NCBI GenBank assembly: GCA_964035545.1
Contig: OZ037765.1
Span: 26,783,504-26,847,503 of the forward strand
Direction: 5' to 3'
DNA from: Bugula neritina
Taxonomy: Eukaryota; Animalia; Bryozoa
DNA length: 64,000 nt
In this document: piece after piece, positions 1-12,779 of the stretch
Position numbering within the stretch: the first letter of the stretch is position 1
How the letters are laid out: each line of letters starts with the position of its first letter
Program-made: the position numbers and the translations under genes
Notes under the pieces: generated by a model
What the model was told of the DNA's origin: nothing
Databases searched by the model: none
The model's input: only the letters and a program-made list of their open reading frames with translations

Positions 1-1258
1 TACTGGATGATGTTTATACTGTGACACAAAGTTTCTATTAATAAAAGTAGGCTCCAGTTCAATATTGCATTGATCTCTAAAATATGGTTCCTGACTGTGT
101 TGATTAGGTATTTGAAAAGTCCCCTGTTTTACCATAACTACAAAAAAGTTTTTAAAAAACAATATAAATTGACATTTACATTAAAAAAAGTTATTTTTAA
201 TTGTTTTGCCTTTTTTACTTCGAATATTGACAGTGGAAGAAACAATATATTAAAAATATTACAAACTTACATTGCCATGCATTTAAAAGTTTAAAATTTT
301 TGCTCTTTCATGACAAATATTCACATATTATTACACATTATTATACTTACATTGATTACCCACCGACATGGTTGATAAACTAAACTTTATAGCTAAAAAC
401 TCCGAAAGGAAGGAAATAAATGAAGGTAAAAGATTCACTATAAAACTGTCAGATATACCTACACATTGTAGAAAAATGTTCTAAAAGAAATTTAATCTGA
501 TCACCAAAGCAATATAATCTGTTAGCTATACATTAAGTTGCTCAGCTACAGTTAGCTATTGCATGGGGGTGAAGGGTCACCTAAGAAGTTCTTTGCATTT
601 TTATGTGCGAACCATGCATTATCTTTTTCTATTTTATTGTGACTTTCATTATTGCCCATCATTTCCACTTCTTTGATGTTATAGCTTATTGTTTAGCCCT
701 GTGCCCAAGAATAGAGCTTAGGTTTACACCTACAAGTTGAAAATCCTAAAACATTTGAACATCTTCATATTTGCATTTTACTTGTGAATTCAGCTCTGCA
801 ATTATAGCTATTTAAAGCCATTTTTTCACCTTTGTCCTACTCATGAAACATTGCAGCAACCTATGGAGTTCAATAATACAATATAATATTGCTATTTTTC
901 TTTTCATTGTACTTTCGAGGTTAAAATGGTTTTTCAATTTTTCAGTTCGATATTAAATAATGCAATATACCTGGATTAGATTACATCAGCTGAAAAAAAG
1001 CAATTAATCAAGGAAAAATAATTATGTTTATGGACTTGAAATAATTTACAAAATGGAAGATGTAATAGATGTTGTACAAGTACCGCTAATAATCTTGGGC
1101 CCGCGTACCACTAGCCATGCTATTTCGCACTGGGCCTCATCATCACTTCCGACAGCTTATTTTGATATACTGTTATTTGTTACTATGTTTCTTTTCTAAT
1201 TGCTTGTTCTGCTCTTGTAAATTATCCTAGTTGTAAAACACTATGTTATGATGAAAAT

Positions 1259-1261
<3 letters not shown>

Positions 1262-1305
<44 letters not shown>
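1262..1305. repeat. (CA)n microsatellite
   Basis: Uninterrupted AC/CA run of about 44 nt. Confidence 0.95.
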
Positions 1306-1307
<2 letters not shown>

Positions 1308-2555
1308 CATCGATATTATATCAATATGAAGCTGGAAGTATAAATATATTATTATTCTTGAAGGGTTTACCATATGTTATCATGTAAAGTGTCAAATGGT
1401 GGGCTTTGATATGTCAAGTGCTAGGCTAAGCATTGTCATTTCAACGAAACAGATTGGCCTGTATTGCAAGTTTCGTCCATTTTATTTTAACCAAACATTC
1501 CTTTACATTTGAACGTAGAGTTAAAAGCAATAAATGCTTCTTTCACTTATATTTTATATTCAACCTTCCTGGTTTGCTTCAATAGACAGAATGAAGGGAA
1601 GGGGTTTTTTTATAGCTTATTATGATAAATATACCACAATAAAACAAGCTTGTATATATTGAACCCAATATAGGTCAATTAAGTTATTTATTTCAAACAA
1701 AAAGCAGTTTGCAAGACAAAAATGAAGAAAAAATAGATCCAAAAAATATATAAATAAATTTTATACAAGTAGCAAATTATAATCTGAAGTTTATGGAACA
1801 CAGTATAGAAAGTTTACAGCTAAGGTGCTGTTAGAGAGTATTTCCATTGTGGCTGTACTTCAACTAAACTTGAAGAATAATATTTAATATAATTCACAGT
1901 TATTTCCTAAGCACATAGATTTGAAATCATAACAAAAACATTTACCCTGAAATGCCAACCTTATATTTAAACCTAAATTCTAATTTTGAAATTAGCATAT
2001 GGGCCACACAGAGCGTGTGGTGAGTCATTCCAGATTAGTGTGGCCCCATGCTAGCACTTGTTTCAATATAAGAGTTTGTTATTTGACAAAGGGGAGCAAA
2101 TGGAACCGAAATTCCTGCTGACACAATATTATAATACATTTGCAAGTCATGTTTTACTGGTATCAAAAAATTAACGAAAAGAAATTTAATTCTTATCAAA
2201 TCATAATTGAACTAGAAATCAATTTTATAATTATCAGTAGGAAAAAAACTGTCTAACTATTGCAGTCAGTAAAAAATAATTATATTGTAGGCTTGAAAAC
2301 ATCAGTAATTTTCAATTGTTAATTTCACAACTATGAATAAATTACTACTGGCATAACATGATACATTTAACATAAATAGCACTTTTTTGTTTTCCTAGTA
2401 AACTATACATTGAGAAATTCCTCAATCAAGGCAGATAGATAGCTAAAGGTGGGAACTAGGGTGTTTTGCAGCTGCATTAGAACTGCAGAAAAATTGAACA
2501 AAACTAAAGTTTATACCCCAGCCTATAGACTATTATCACAAAATACAGGAAGATT

Positions 2556-5500
2556 CTATTGACTAAATGTTGAGCTGAAACTGTGGCAAAACTTATCCTT
2601 CAGCTTTTTGTTCTCCAAAGTATTCAAAGCGCAGGCCACTCTCTTAATTGCTCTCCTGGAACAGATTCACAACATCATAACATCAAATATATTCATACAG
2701 AATCTGTTGTTTACACAGTCAATGTTTACGATACTAGATAATTAAGCTAAAACTGTGTTATACTTAATTAAATGTCAACTTCAATGAAAAAGTCAACAAA
2801 AAAACAAGCTACTTCGAAAAATATTACTCAACATTCACAAGATTTGCTTTACTTTACTTGCACTTAAAATTTGTAAGTTACTTCTTTATTAAAAGTTTAA
2901 AGTTATCAGATGATGTATAGTACAGCTCAGAAGCTATGCAACACAACACACTAGACAAAACTTATTCAAGCAAGCACTGGGAAAAGCAGAAAGTTGAACT
3001 TCAAACACAATAAAACTTAAGGAAACTAAGTGTTATCTTCTGGCCAATAGAATTTGTTAATTTAATCTTGCAGTATTGGGAAATGTAGTGGTAGTAAGGT
3101 TTTTTAACTACTGTTAAATTAAACTGACTAAAATATTAGAAACATTTTGAAGAACAGCGTTTCAGCCAACATGTCAGAATTTAAACTTGAATAAAGCTAA
3201 GTGTGTTGCGTCACGAAATTTTGTTGATCTACCGCAAAAAATAAATGAATTTCCCTTGTTTTAGTCACAAAACATATTGCATCTTTATAGTAGGTGTTAC
3301 CTGCTCAGAACTTTAGATTCCAGGCGATTCCTGGCGGTCTTGTTCACTTTATTAATATTGGTTAACTTGGATCTCTGAGGTCTGCCCCTGGGTGGTCTCT
3401 CAACTTTGAGATTTACACCTGTTTGAGCTTCAATATCAGCCAACAGAGCTGGATCTTGCCATTCAGGATTAGCTATAGCAAAGAACTCTGTGCAATATTA
3501 TACTAAGTATATAAATGTAACAGTGTATATTATGTATGATACTTTCTGCATTCACGCATAGCTACAAAAGCACCAAATACTCAATGCAGAAAAACCATCT
3601 CATCATTTACATGCGAAGTGAAACTGAACGTAAAATTATTTGTTAAAAAATTTCTTTTTTATTCTATGTTTAACAATGATAATACAAAATTTTTTTTTCC
3701 CAAGTTTGTCCTTCGTATTCGGTTTTTTGACTTTTATCAAGTAAAATATTGCTTGAAAGTAATTTTAGCGCTTAGTAGTAAATAAAACCAATTGTCATAC
3801 AACAAAAACTAATTGCAAGAGACAAGAAAAAAAACTAGAGCTATTACAAGATAAAAATGGTAAGAGCCAGGCTCTTGTTATCAGATATAAAACTTGTTTC
3901 CATTCCAATTGGGAAGTCAAAAAACACTGTTTGTAATCAAATTATGAACTTTATATGACTGAATGTCAGCAAATGACAAAACTAGTAGTTAACTTAGAAG
4001 AAGATACTAGGCAAAACAAAACACACCTTGAGATTGTTTTTCCATGATCTTTTTTAGTTTTTCAGCATCAGCCGGGTTGGCTGGCTTTCCTCTGCCATCT
4101 CTGGCAATAATTCGGCCATGGAATGGACATTTCACCCTATCCATACGGGGGCACAGCTGCCCTGTGGGCAAGGGGGCTCTACAAGTCCACTTTACTGGCA
4201 CAAATTTTCCAGAAAATTCTATTTTTCTTGAGCTATATAAATCTAGTAAGCCCTACAAACCGAAATAACTTGCATATCAGCGATTAGTTATTATAATATC
4301 AAGTTACTTAGCACAAGAGAAAACCTTATAGTGTAACTCCTGCTATGCAACGCAAGTTACATAATATTTGATATATGATATATATCTTGAGATCTGCTTC
4401 ATTTTTGAGTTTATAAAATTTTGAGCAAATTTGATAGCACTTTTTCTTCTTGCCGCTACATATGAATTCTGACAAATTGACTGAGACTTTTACATGCATG
4501 GCGTTTCCTGCTAAATACTAGCACGGAAGTAATGAATGAGTAACGCACACTATTGGCAGAGAAGCAAATCTCTTTGGACGGTACAAAACTTGACAAATCA
4601 TTTGGTAAAATCTCTGGAACCGTCAATTCTTCAGGATTTTCCCAATACTTTAAATCTAATCCAAAGTCCAAGACTGGTGCACTTTGCAGAAGTGGATTTG
4701 ATGTTGAAGGCTGCTCAAGGTTCGGACTGCCGTCACCTGGCTTGCCAGTCATCCCTAGTCTGGATTTAAAGAATGTAACTTCATCAAGTTCCTCTGGTAC
4801 TTCAATCAAATCGTCGTCATCACTGTCCATATCTATCAAATATACAACTTTCACCTGTAGCACATCGAACCTTGTCAAATTAGATGCAACTATAAAAGGT
4901 GCTTAAAGGAGAAAATAATGGTGAGAAGAGTGTCAGCAGGGCTGCCTAATTACATTTATGCAAAAATAAAATCTGCATAAAATATCTGCTGCAAGTCAAA
5001 TATAACTTTGGAGTTGCATACCCAAGTAAAACTACTTTATAGCACATAGTGTTTGAGTTTGTGTTGCAATCAGATGGAGAAACTAGTGAAAAATCTTGTC
5101 AATGAAATGTTCTGCTAATACATGAAACTATCTATGAATACAGCTTTAGTTTTTCCTCTTTATCTTGAGTGAAAAATGAGCTGCTTTAATCTTTTGATGT
5201 TCAATATTTCAATAACTGGTATCTATAGCAGGGTAGCTTTATTTGTTTTCTAACTTAAGGAAACAGTGACTTCATTTAGTAGTATGTATAGCCTGTGTTT
5301 CAAACTTCTAAACCATCCTAGTGTGGATTGCAGCAGCTAAAAATAGCCCGTAATCAAATTAAACAAGAATCAGTATTAGTTTGCTAATGCTGCAGCCACT
5401 AAACCTGATTAAAATGCCTTCCGAAAAATTTATTAAAAAACTAAATTTCTTGGGCACACAACCCTAACATTGTATTTAGCTGATGACTAAAATTGTTTGA

Positions 5501-7700
5501 AAAACTCAATATTGCAACTAGTCAGTCCTGCTTTAATCCACAATAATTCATCTTATACACACAGCTGGTTTACATAAAACCGAATTACAGAGCAAAAACT
5601 TTGAGCATTCAATTCTGTAAACTTACACAAGAGTACATATCATAAAAGGAGAATTACATTTTAAATTTCTCGTATATACTACTAGATAAAGCAAGCGTAC
5701 CATCATCTCTAACCCGGTGTATCACCAACATATCTAGGTCCTTGAGTGACCTTTGTATCATCTGTTTGAGGTCAATTAGTCTAGACATTAAACCTTGACC
5801 AGCTCCATTCTTCTGCAACTTTGCTAGCCAACCAATCACCATGGGAAAATATTTCATTTTCAGCAGCACTTTCAGCTCATCTGCCAACAATTATTTAAAA
5901 ATAAAAACACTATATATTTAAAAATCCAATTATTGGTTGCTGACACATACACTTTGGTGCTTTTAATCAATCAAATTTCAAACTCTGTATCAAATAACAA
6001 AAAATAAAGTTTAAAATGTAACTGCAACCATATATAGGTTTCAGCCTCTTTAAAATGTGTAGCATATGCACACTTAGAAGCTGCATCAATTCATACCAGA
6101 TTTACTCTATAATTGACACCCATAATACATAATATTATCTTGTGTTTAGAGAAAGACTAACAGACTAAAGCTTTGTGAGTACATAAGATGGTGTATACTA
6201 AACTCCCAGATATATTGCAGCATTCTTACCAAAGTTATGTATCACATCCGTGTTGTCTTCACACTCAGTAATAGTCCGGTGCTGGTTTAGCTCAATGTTG
6301 ATATTAGAGTTTCTATTCAGCAGCCCGTGTTGCTGCATTTCATCGCCAGCCGTCTCCTCGCTGGATCCTGCAGACTGTGATGAGCGGCTGACTGACTTAT
6401 CAACTCTACCAGTATCTAGTATTGATGACAGAGCTTAGTCATTAGTCAATAAATCTCAAACACTTTCAAGTATACAAGTCTTTGTTTAACTAAGTGAATT
6501 ATAACTGTGAAAGCACATGCTTATATAATATGCTCACAACTTTATATTAAAATAAAGACATTTATTTCATTTCTAATAAAATTATTACAGCTTTTACTTT
6601 GCGTTACATATGCAAAGTAAAGAGCTGGCCATACATTTACAGGCAAATGAGATGATAAGATAACTCCAAATTTAATATGTCGCGCAGGTTTCTCAAAAAT
6701 ATTTATTTTATGATTAATTTTGTTTATAAAAACAGCGGATTATGTTTGTAAAGGATAAACCTGTTACTCAATGCAACAGCAAATACACTAATAACTAGAA
6801 AGTAAATACATTTACCAGCATGTGAAGTGACACGAGAAGAAAATAGCTGATCATCAAACACATCAAATACATCTTGAGAAGGGATCAACAGTTTGAAACA
6901 TGTCCGCAGCTGTGAGGCAACATCCTTTATATCCTGTTCGTGCTCTGCAACAGTCCAGCAGTAAATAGGAACACAACGCAAGGACTTGCCATCTATACAT
7001 CACATACATGTAGATAATGAAGGAAGCAACTTATACTGGTAAGAATATTAGAAGCAGGAACAAGGAACTAAACCTAATATTGTATAACTTCTATACTCAA
7101 AGACAATTTGTCACTTCTTTGGAATACAAAAGCACAAAGTAAAGGATAAAAAGCTATAAAACTAGACTACAACTGCCTCTAACTAAGTAGTGAGTGCACT
7201 ATTGAATTGTTGGTCACATTTGAGTGAAAGACTCCAGTCTATCCGCAGGAGAAGGAGTTTACCTGAAATGTGGGGCACAAAATGCATTCCCATCATTGCT
7301 ATGACTAGGACATAAGCTTTGGGTTTGTTACTATTTATAGACTACAATAACAGGCTATAATACAAAGCTAGCTCACCATTAATTTGACCAATAACACTAT
7401 CAATATTCTTTTTCTGCTGTGCTTCCAATTTGAGTTTGGCTTCCTGTTCCCGCTGCCTTTGAAGAGCACTCATATGATCTGCCTTGTTGAAGTCGACCTG
7501 GTGACACGTTCTCAGGTAGTTATACGCTAGACTCAGCTTCCTGTATCCTGTTGAATACGTCTCGTGCCACTTCCTTAATGCTTGATACGCGGAATTCTTT
7601 AGTGTTTCGGCCGCTTTTTTGGGGAGGGGCAAAGGAAAGTCCAGATTAATCTCTAATAAATCACAAAAAGAAATATAGTTTTAGAGATTATACATACGGA

Positions 7701-7762
<62 letters not shown>

Positions 7763-8287
7763 GTATGCTGATTGTCAATCTAGTTGGAGTTCCAGCAAAG
7801 TAAAGTGCTCGATATCACGGGTGACAGAGCTAATATAATGTAGTGTGTTCAGATTGTTAATGATACATATATATTTTATTTAAAAAATCTTACACGACTA
7901 TATAGTTTCGTGCAGTAAACTGCACGTAAGCACTACCTGGGCAACATCACATAACAATACTAACAACTCTCAACCATAGTACTACCTATTATAAATTAGC
8001 CTTTCCATCAAACATCTAGCTTTTATAGTTTAATCCTTTAGAAAAAGAGCAATTTAATTAATTAATAGATAACACCAAATCCACTACTATGTTTGCATTT
8101 CGTTTTACGTTGTGTTTAGCATGATAGTTTTCTTTATGTAAAAATTTGAATAATCGGTATGCTTCATAGATTTTATTTATTTTTAGTCTAACACCTGAGG
8201 AGTGCAGTTTACTGCACGAAACTATATAGTCGTGTAAGATTTTTTAAATAAAATATATATGTATCATTAACAATCTGAACACACTAC

Positions 8288-8352
<65 letters not shown>

Positions 8353-9161
8353 GTCTAAAACTTATAACTAATGATACTAAAAAAGTTAGGTATCTTTTAA
8401 AACTTAATTTCAATGTTATCCACTAAATATGTGGAACAGATGGTAATCATATTGTAACCCTAGATTATCAGTAGCAGCTAGTACAGCATTTCATCCTAAA
8501 GTATAGAACACTCTTGCAGCAACTATTAACTTTTCACCTACCTAAAGTCAGCTCAAGGTAGGTTTGGAAATTATCCAATAGGAGTTCTCGGAACTTATGA
8601 GACCGTCTAAACAGCTCATCAATCACTTGGAATGTAGATAATCGTATCTCTGCGTGCTCACGTTTCAGTTGGGACCAAAGCAGTTCAAAGCACTGGCAGA
8701 CATATTGGTCAGATAACCTTGAAGAATATAGCACAATGCTTTGACACGTTAGAGTAGCTGAAAAATATAACTCGCCTACAACATCATACAAACAAAACTT
8801 GAACAATTATAAGTGAATATCATTGAGTTTAGGGATGGGGAATTTAAAAGGCATCACTGAGAAACATGTTTGAACAATTTTGCTACAAAAAATTTAACAA
8901 AAATATAAAAAAACAGCAGCTTTACCAAACTAATCCCAGCATGCAAGCTTTTTATGTGTACATGAAAACTTCAGTGAATTATTTAACTTTTTTCATAGAA
9001 AATGGTAATATACTAATTTACAAAAATCTGCTACATAAAGTTATTTTCTACCTGCAGATTCTCTTTAGATCTTTTAATTTAAATTTGTTCAACTGTGGCT
9101 CCCCGGACGTTGTTAAATCATCACACAAATCGGCCAACATTTTACATTTACTAGCATCCAT
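2556..9161 (-). CDS. UVSSA: UV-stimulated scaffold protein A (about 10 coding exons)
   Basis: Exon 1 (9161-9052) reads MDASKCKMLADLCDDLTTSGEPQLNKFKLKDLKRIC. Exon 2 has QLKREHAEIRLSTFQVIDELFRRSHKFRELLLDNFQTYLELTLG (VHS-like N-terminus), followed by YRKLSLAYNYLR..VDF and APVLDFGLDLKYW. The zinc finger reads VKWTCRAPLPTGQLCPRMDRVKCPFHG. The last exon ends RAIKRVACALNTLENKKLKDKFCHSFSSTFSQ*, with the stop at 2556-2558. Junctions checked are GT-AG. Confidence 0.93.
7705..8350 (+). mobile_element. Heavily 5'-truncated Penelope-like element remnant (second family) with inverted 3' end, embedded in (TA)n in a UVSSA intron
   Basis: (TA)n at both ends (about 7705-7760 and 8290-8350). Inverted repeat of about 94 bp (7832-7925 vs 8202-8295). 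Hammerhead motif at 8191-8235. Same architecture as the RT-coding PLEs at 31-43 kb but with a different sequence. Confidence 0.7.
8191..8235 (+). ncRNA. Minimal type-I hammerhead ribozyme
   Basis: ACAC (stem I) - CTGAGGA (core) - GTGCAG TTTA CTGCAC (stem II) - GAAA - palindromic ACTATATAGT (stem III) - GTC cleavage triplet (cut after 8231) - GTGT (stem I). Confidence 0.85.
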
Positions 9162-10519
9162 AATGCTGTAAAAATAATATATATTATATTACATTTAAAA
9201 CACAGTTTCAATAGAATGCAATGTCATTCGATTAATGATAATATAAATTATTAATATAATTGTTTACTGAAGCCGATTATAACATTATGGGCAACTAAGA
9301 ACTATTTTAAAATTACACAACTTTGAATTTTTAAATTTTTGGCCATGTTTTAATTTGAAATTACTATAGCTATTGCATAATTTAGCAAATTATTTTGTGA
9401 GTTGATCTGTCCCCAAGATGAGACCAAATTATCAAATAATTATTATTCTGAAAGGAAATCATTTAAAAATTAAATTTTATCAATTATAACGTTATAATTA
9501 CCATAGATTTAAGCCATAATTATTAATTAGTTATGGGTTGAAATTAAATTTGAATTTGGAGAACAAAAATAAGACTAAAAGAGGCATACAAAATAGAACT
9601 GAATCTAGCCTTAGACTTTAGGCATTGTCTAATTAGGCAAATGAATTGGTAACTTCTCTGATTTAGACTCCTGACGAAACAAAAGATGAAAACTACTTCT
9701 TTATTGTGAGTTGTCACATCAAGTATCAAAGTAGAGTATATATTATAGACCTATGAGTCAAGGTGATAGCATAACCAAAAGTATCACTAACTCTAACTTA
9801 TCAAAATGATGAGCTTATAATAGCAGTCAACATTAAACTAAATCCGTATTTCATAACTGCTATAATTTAAGCTAACAATTAGTAATTCAATAATTATATT
9901 GAAATACAATGACACAGTGACAAACCTCATTTAGCGCATTTGACTAAAAGAAAACTAAAGCAACGATAAGGTTCAAAAGTTGAAAATTTCGTTTGAACTC
10001 GTGATCTAATTTAGATTTAAAAATTAAAATATTTCCCAACTCTTCAGTCATCACAATGAAAAATAGTCTAACTACTAAAATGATAATATATTATGTTTAA
10101 TCTCGTATATTATGTTGAATTTCATAATGATAATTGGTTATTGTATTTACTCTCCTCAAGTCCAAAGATGTACCTTTTGTTCATCTTAGAGTTAATTTTT
10201 TTACTTTGGCAGCCATCAAGGTTTAGAGCCAATAGTCACAGCTTAGCTTAGCTTAGCTTAGCATAAGGGTTTCATGTTGTAGGCTTGGAAAATCATAAAA
10301 TTAAATGTAAAATGAAAATAGTCAATAAAACGATAGTCATAATGCCATAATCATGATTACAAATTTAAATTAAAAGTCTAAGTCATTCATACTAAATTTA
10401 ATTTTTTTTATATAATTGCAATATAGTGTGTATAGCATTCTACATTGGCTCTAACATTGCTGAAGATCATAAACAATATATGTGCTATACAACTAAAATA
10501 CTTTATTACATACTTTCAT

Positions 10520-11260
10520 TACGGATTACCATACTATGAGTATCAGTATCACAATCACACACTTCCTAGCCTTTCACATACTCACAATAATAAAGATGTT
10601 CACACTGAGTATGACTCTGAGTATAAGATTAGTCATACTAATAGTTATTACTAGTTATTACTAATAGTAATAGTCAGAGTAAGACTAAGACTTAAACTAA
10701 GAGTAAGCATATTTTAATTTAGGTATATTTGATAATCATAATCATTGTGAATAATCATAATAATCAATGATATTCTGATTCATGATATTCATATTCATTC
10801 AGTTAAAATTTTAATCTTAATGACAATCATAATCACAATGATAATGCCTAAGGCTAAGCCTAACAAGTAATGGGTATCAGTATCACTATCAGCATGAGTA
10901 TCATCATTGATAATCATGACATCATGCTATCAGTAACAGTACCAGTATAGTACCACAGTGACAGTCACTATGACTAAGAGTATCACTGTGACTCACTGTC
11001 TCTATGAGTATCACTATGACTATCAGTATCAGTTTGCTACTCATAGTCAAAGTCATACTCATTCATACTAATGGTGATACTCATTCATACTGATGGTGAT
11101 ACTGATACGCATACTGTATAATAATTATAATGACTAATCTAAATTACTAAGTCTAATGACTAAGTCTAATGACTAATGAGTAATGACTAATGACTCATGA
11201 GTATCACTCAAAGTCTATTAGTATTACAGTATTAGTAATCTAATCAGTATCAGTATGACG
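10520..11260. repeat. Cryptic simple-sequence tract with 3/6-nt periodicity
   Basis: Degenerate runs such as AGTATCAGTATCACTATC and ACTAAGTCTAATGACTAAGTCTAATGACTAATGAGTAATGAC. Confidence 0.7.
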
Positions 11261-11762
11261 GATGCGGGATATTTACTTCAAATATAAAAGATCTGTTTTA
11301 CTAACTTGTTTAGAGTTGGACAATGGTTGCTATATTATTTATAATAACGAACTAGGAATAGAATTAGTGGTAATTTAATAACTAATTTATTGTTAAATTG
11401 ACATTTGCTGACAGAGCTACACGAATGGTTTTATAAGCAGCTCCGAGATACTGAATGCAGTAGTTTGTGGTTCTCAAATTTGGACTTAGGGTTTATTGAA
11501 ACCTCCCCCTCCCCCCCCGCTCCCACCCCAACTCAACACTCGGGAATTGCAAACTACAGCACTCAGTCACCCTCAACTTGGAGCTGTTTTATGAAATTAT
11601 TCCAGCTACGTACTCGCAGACCTATGAAACTAATATAGCCTTGCTTCCAAAGTTCTTCAACAATAATTTATATAATAGAAATACGCAAGCTACATTTATA
11701 AGCAATAATTCACGTTGCATATTTATGTATATGAAGTATATATTGCTTGCGACCAATGTAAC

Positions 11763-11835
11763 GACTCCGTGGCGCAATTGGTAGCGCGTCTGACTCCAGA
11801 TCAGAAGGCTGCGTGTTCGAGTCACGTCGGGGTCA
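11763..11835 (+). tRNA. tRNA-Trp (anticodon CCA)
   Basis: GACTCCG/CGGGGTC acceptor stem, D arm containing TGGTA, anticodon arm TCTGA-CT-CCA-GA-TCAGA, T loop GTTCGAG, discriminator A. 73 nt long. Confidence 0.96.
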
Positions 11836-11837
11836 AC

Positions 11838-11842
11838 TTTTT
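11838..11842 (+). terminator. RNA Pol III terminator (T5) of tRNA-Trp
   Basis: TTTTT starting 3 nt after the tRNA 3' end. Confidence 0.75.
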
Positions 11843-12779
11843 ACAAAATTTGTCCTTTAAAAAACTTTTTACAATTCAGTCATATTGTATTTATTTAGCA
11901 CATGTATGGTTGTAGGGTCATTGCTTGTTCAAAACAGCTTATTTTCACAAAACCACTGCATTTTTTGAAAACATTATCAATTAACTTAGACCTAAATTAG
12001 CAACTCATGCTTTGCAGAAACAATTTTAATTAATTAAGGCATAGCATAAATTGCTATGCTTTTACATATAATTGCAATATGGTGCGTGTAGCATTCTACA
12101 TGTTGTCCCTAACATTTCTGAAGATCATGTGCTATATATGTGCTATACAACTGACATACCCCCAGGGCATAATTTCATTGCAATACCGGCTAAAAACTGA
12201 AAAGAACATTTAGAAAATGTGACAGCCAACAGGCAAATAAAGGATAAATATCTGTAAGCTATTATTTTCTCTCAGACTGAAAAGTTGTGTATATTGTAAA
12301 TACTAGTAAACATCTTTTATTAGAGGAGATAAATACATTTGGTTAACCATCAACACTAGGACAAGTATTCATTTCAAAGCCTATAGCTTATATTATTATA
12401 AGAATGCTAGTATTTTGATTAAAGGACAACAATAATTGTAATTATGTTCTCTACAAAACGTTGCCTATTTAAAGCAACATAATTAAACTACTACATTATT
12501 GGCCTGTGAAATCATGCGTGGTATTGTTGCTCAGGCGTTGCTTTCAAGCCTTTCATAACACAATGATACAGACTGCAACCAATCAACTATTAGTGTTGAA
12601 AAGGAATCGTTCATTTGGCAAACGTGGAAAATTTAAGTTGCCATGGTTACTAAGGAATTCGCAGTATTGTTTGCAATGTATTTTACCAAATACTACTCTA
12701 CGTGCCGCAAGCGAAAGGAGTAAATTTCCCCTTTATTCAACTTACAGTGGACATTGTGTGAGAAATCAACTCTATCACT

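Noticed and set aside
1-1250. Short AT-rich ORFs such as 70-294
   Set aside because: No motifs or convincing exon structure. Consistent with intergenic or intronic DNA.
10520-11260. CRISPR-like or satellite array
   Set aside because: No constant repeat unit or unique spacers, and the context is eukaryotic.
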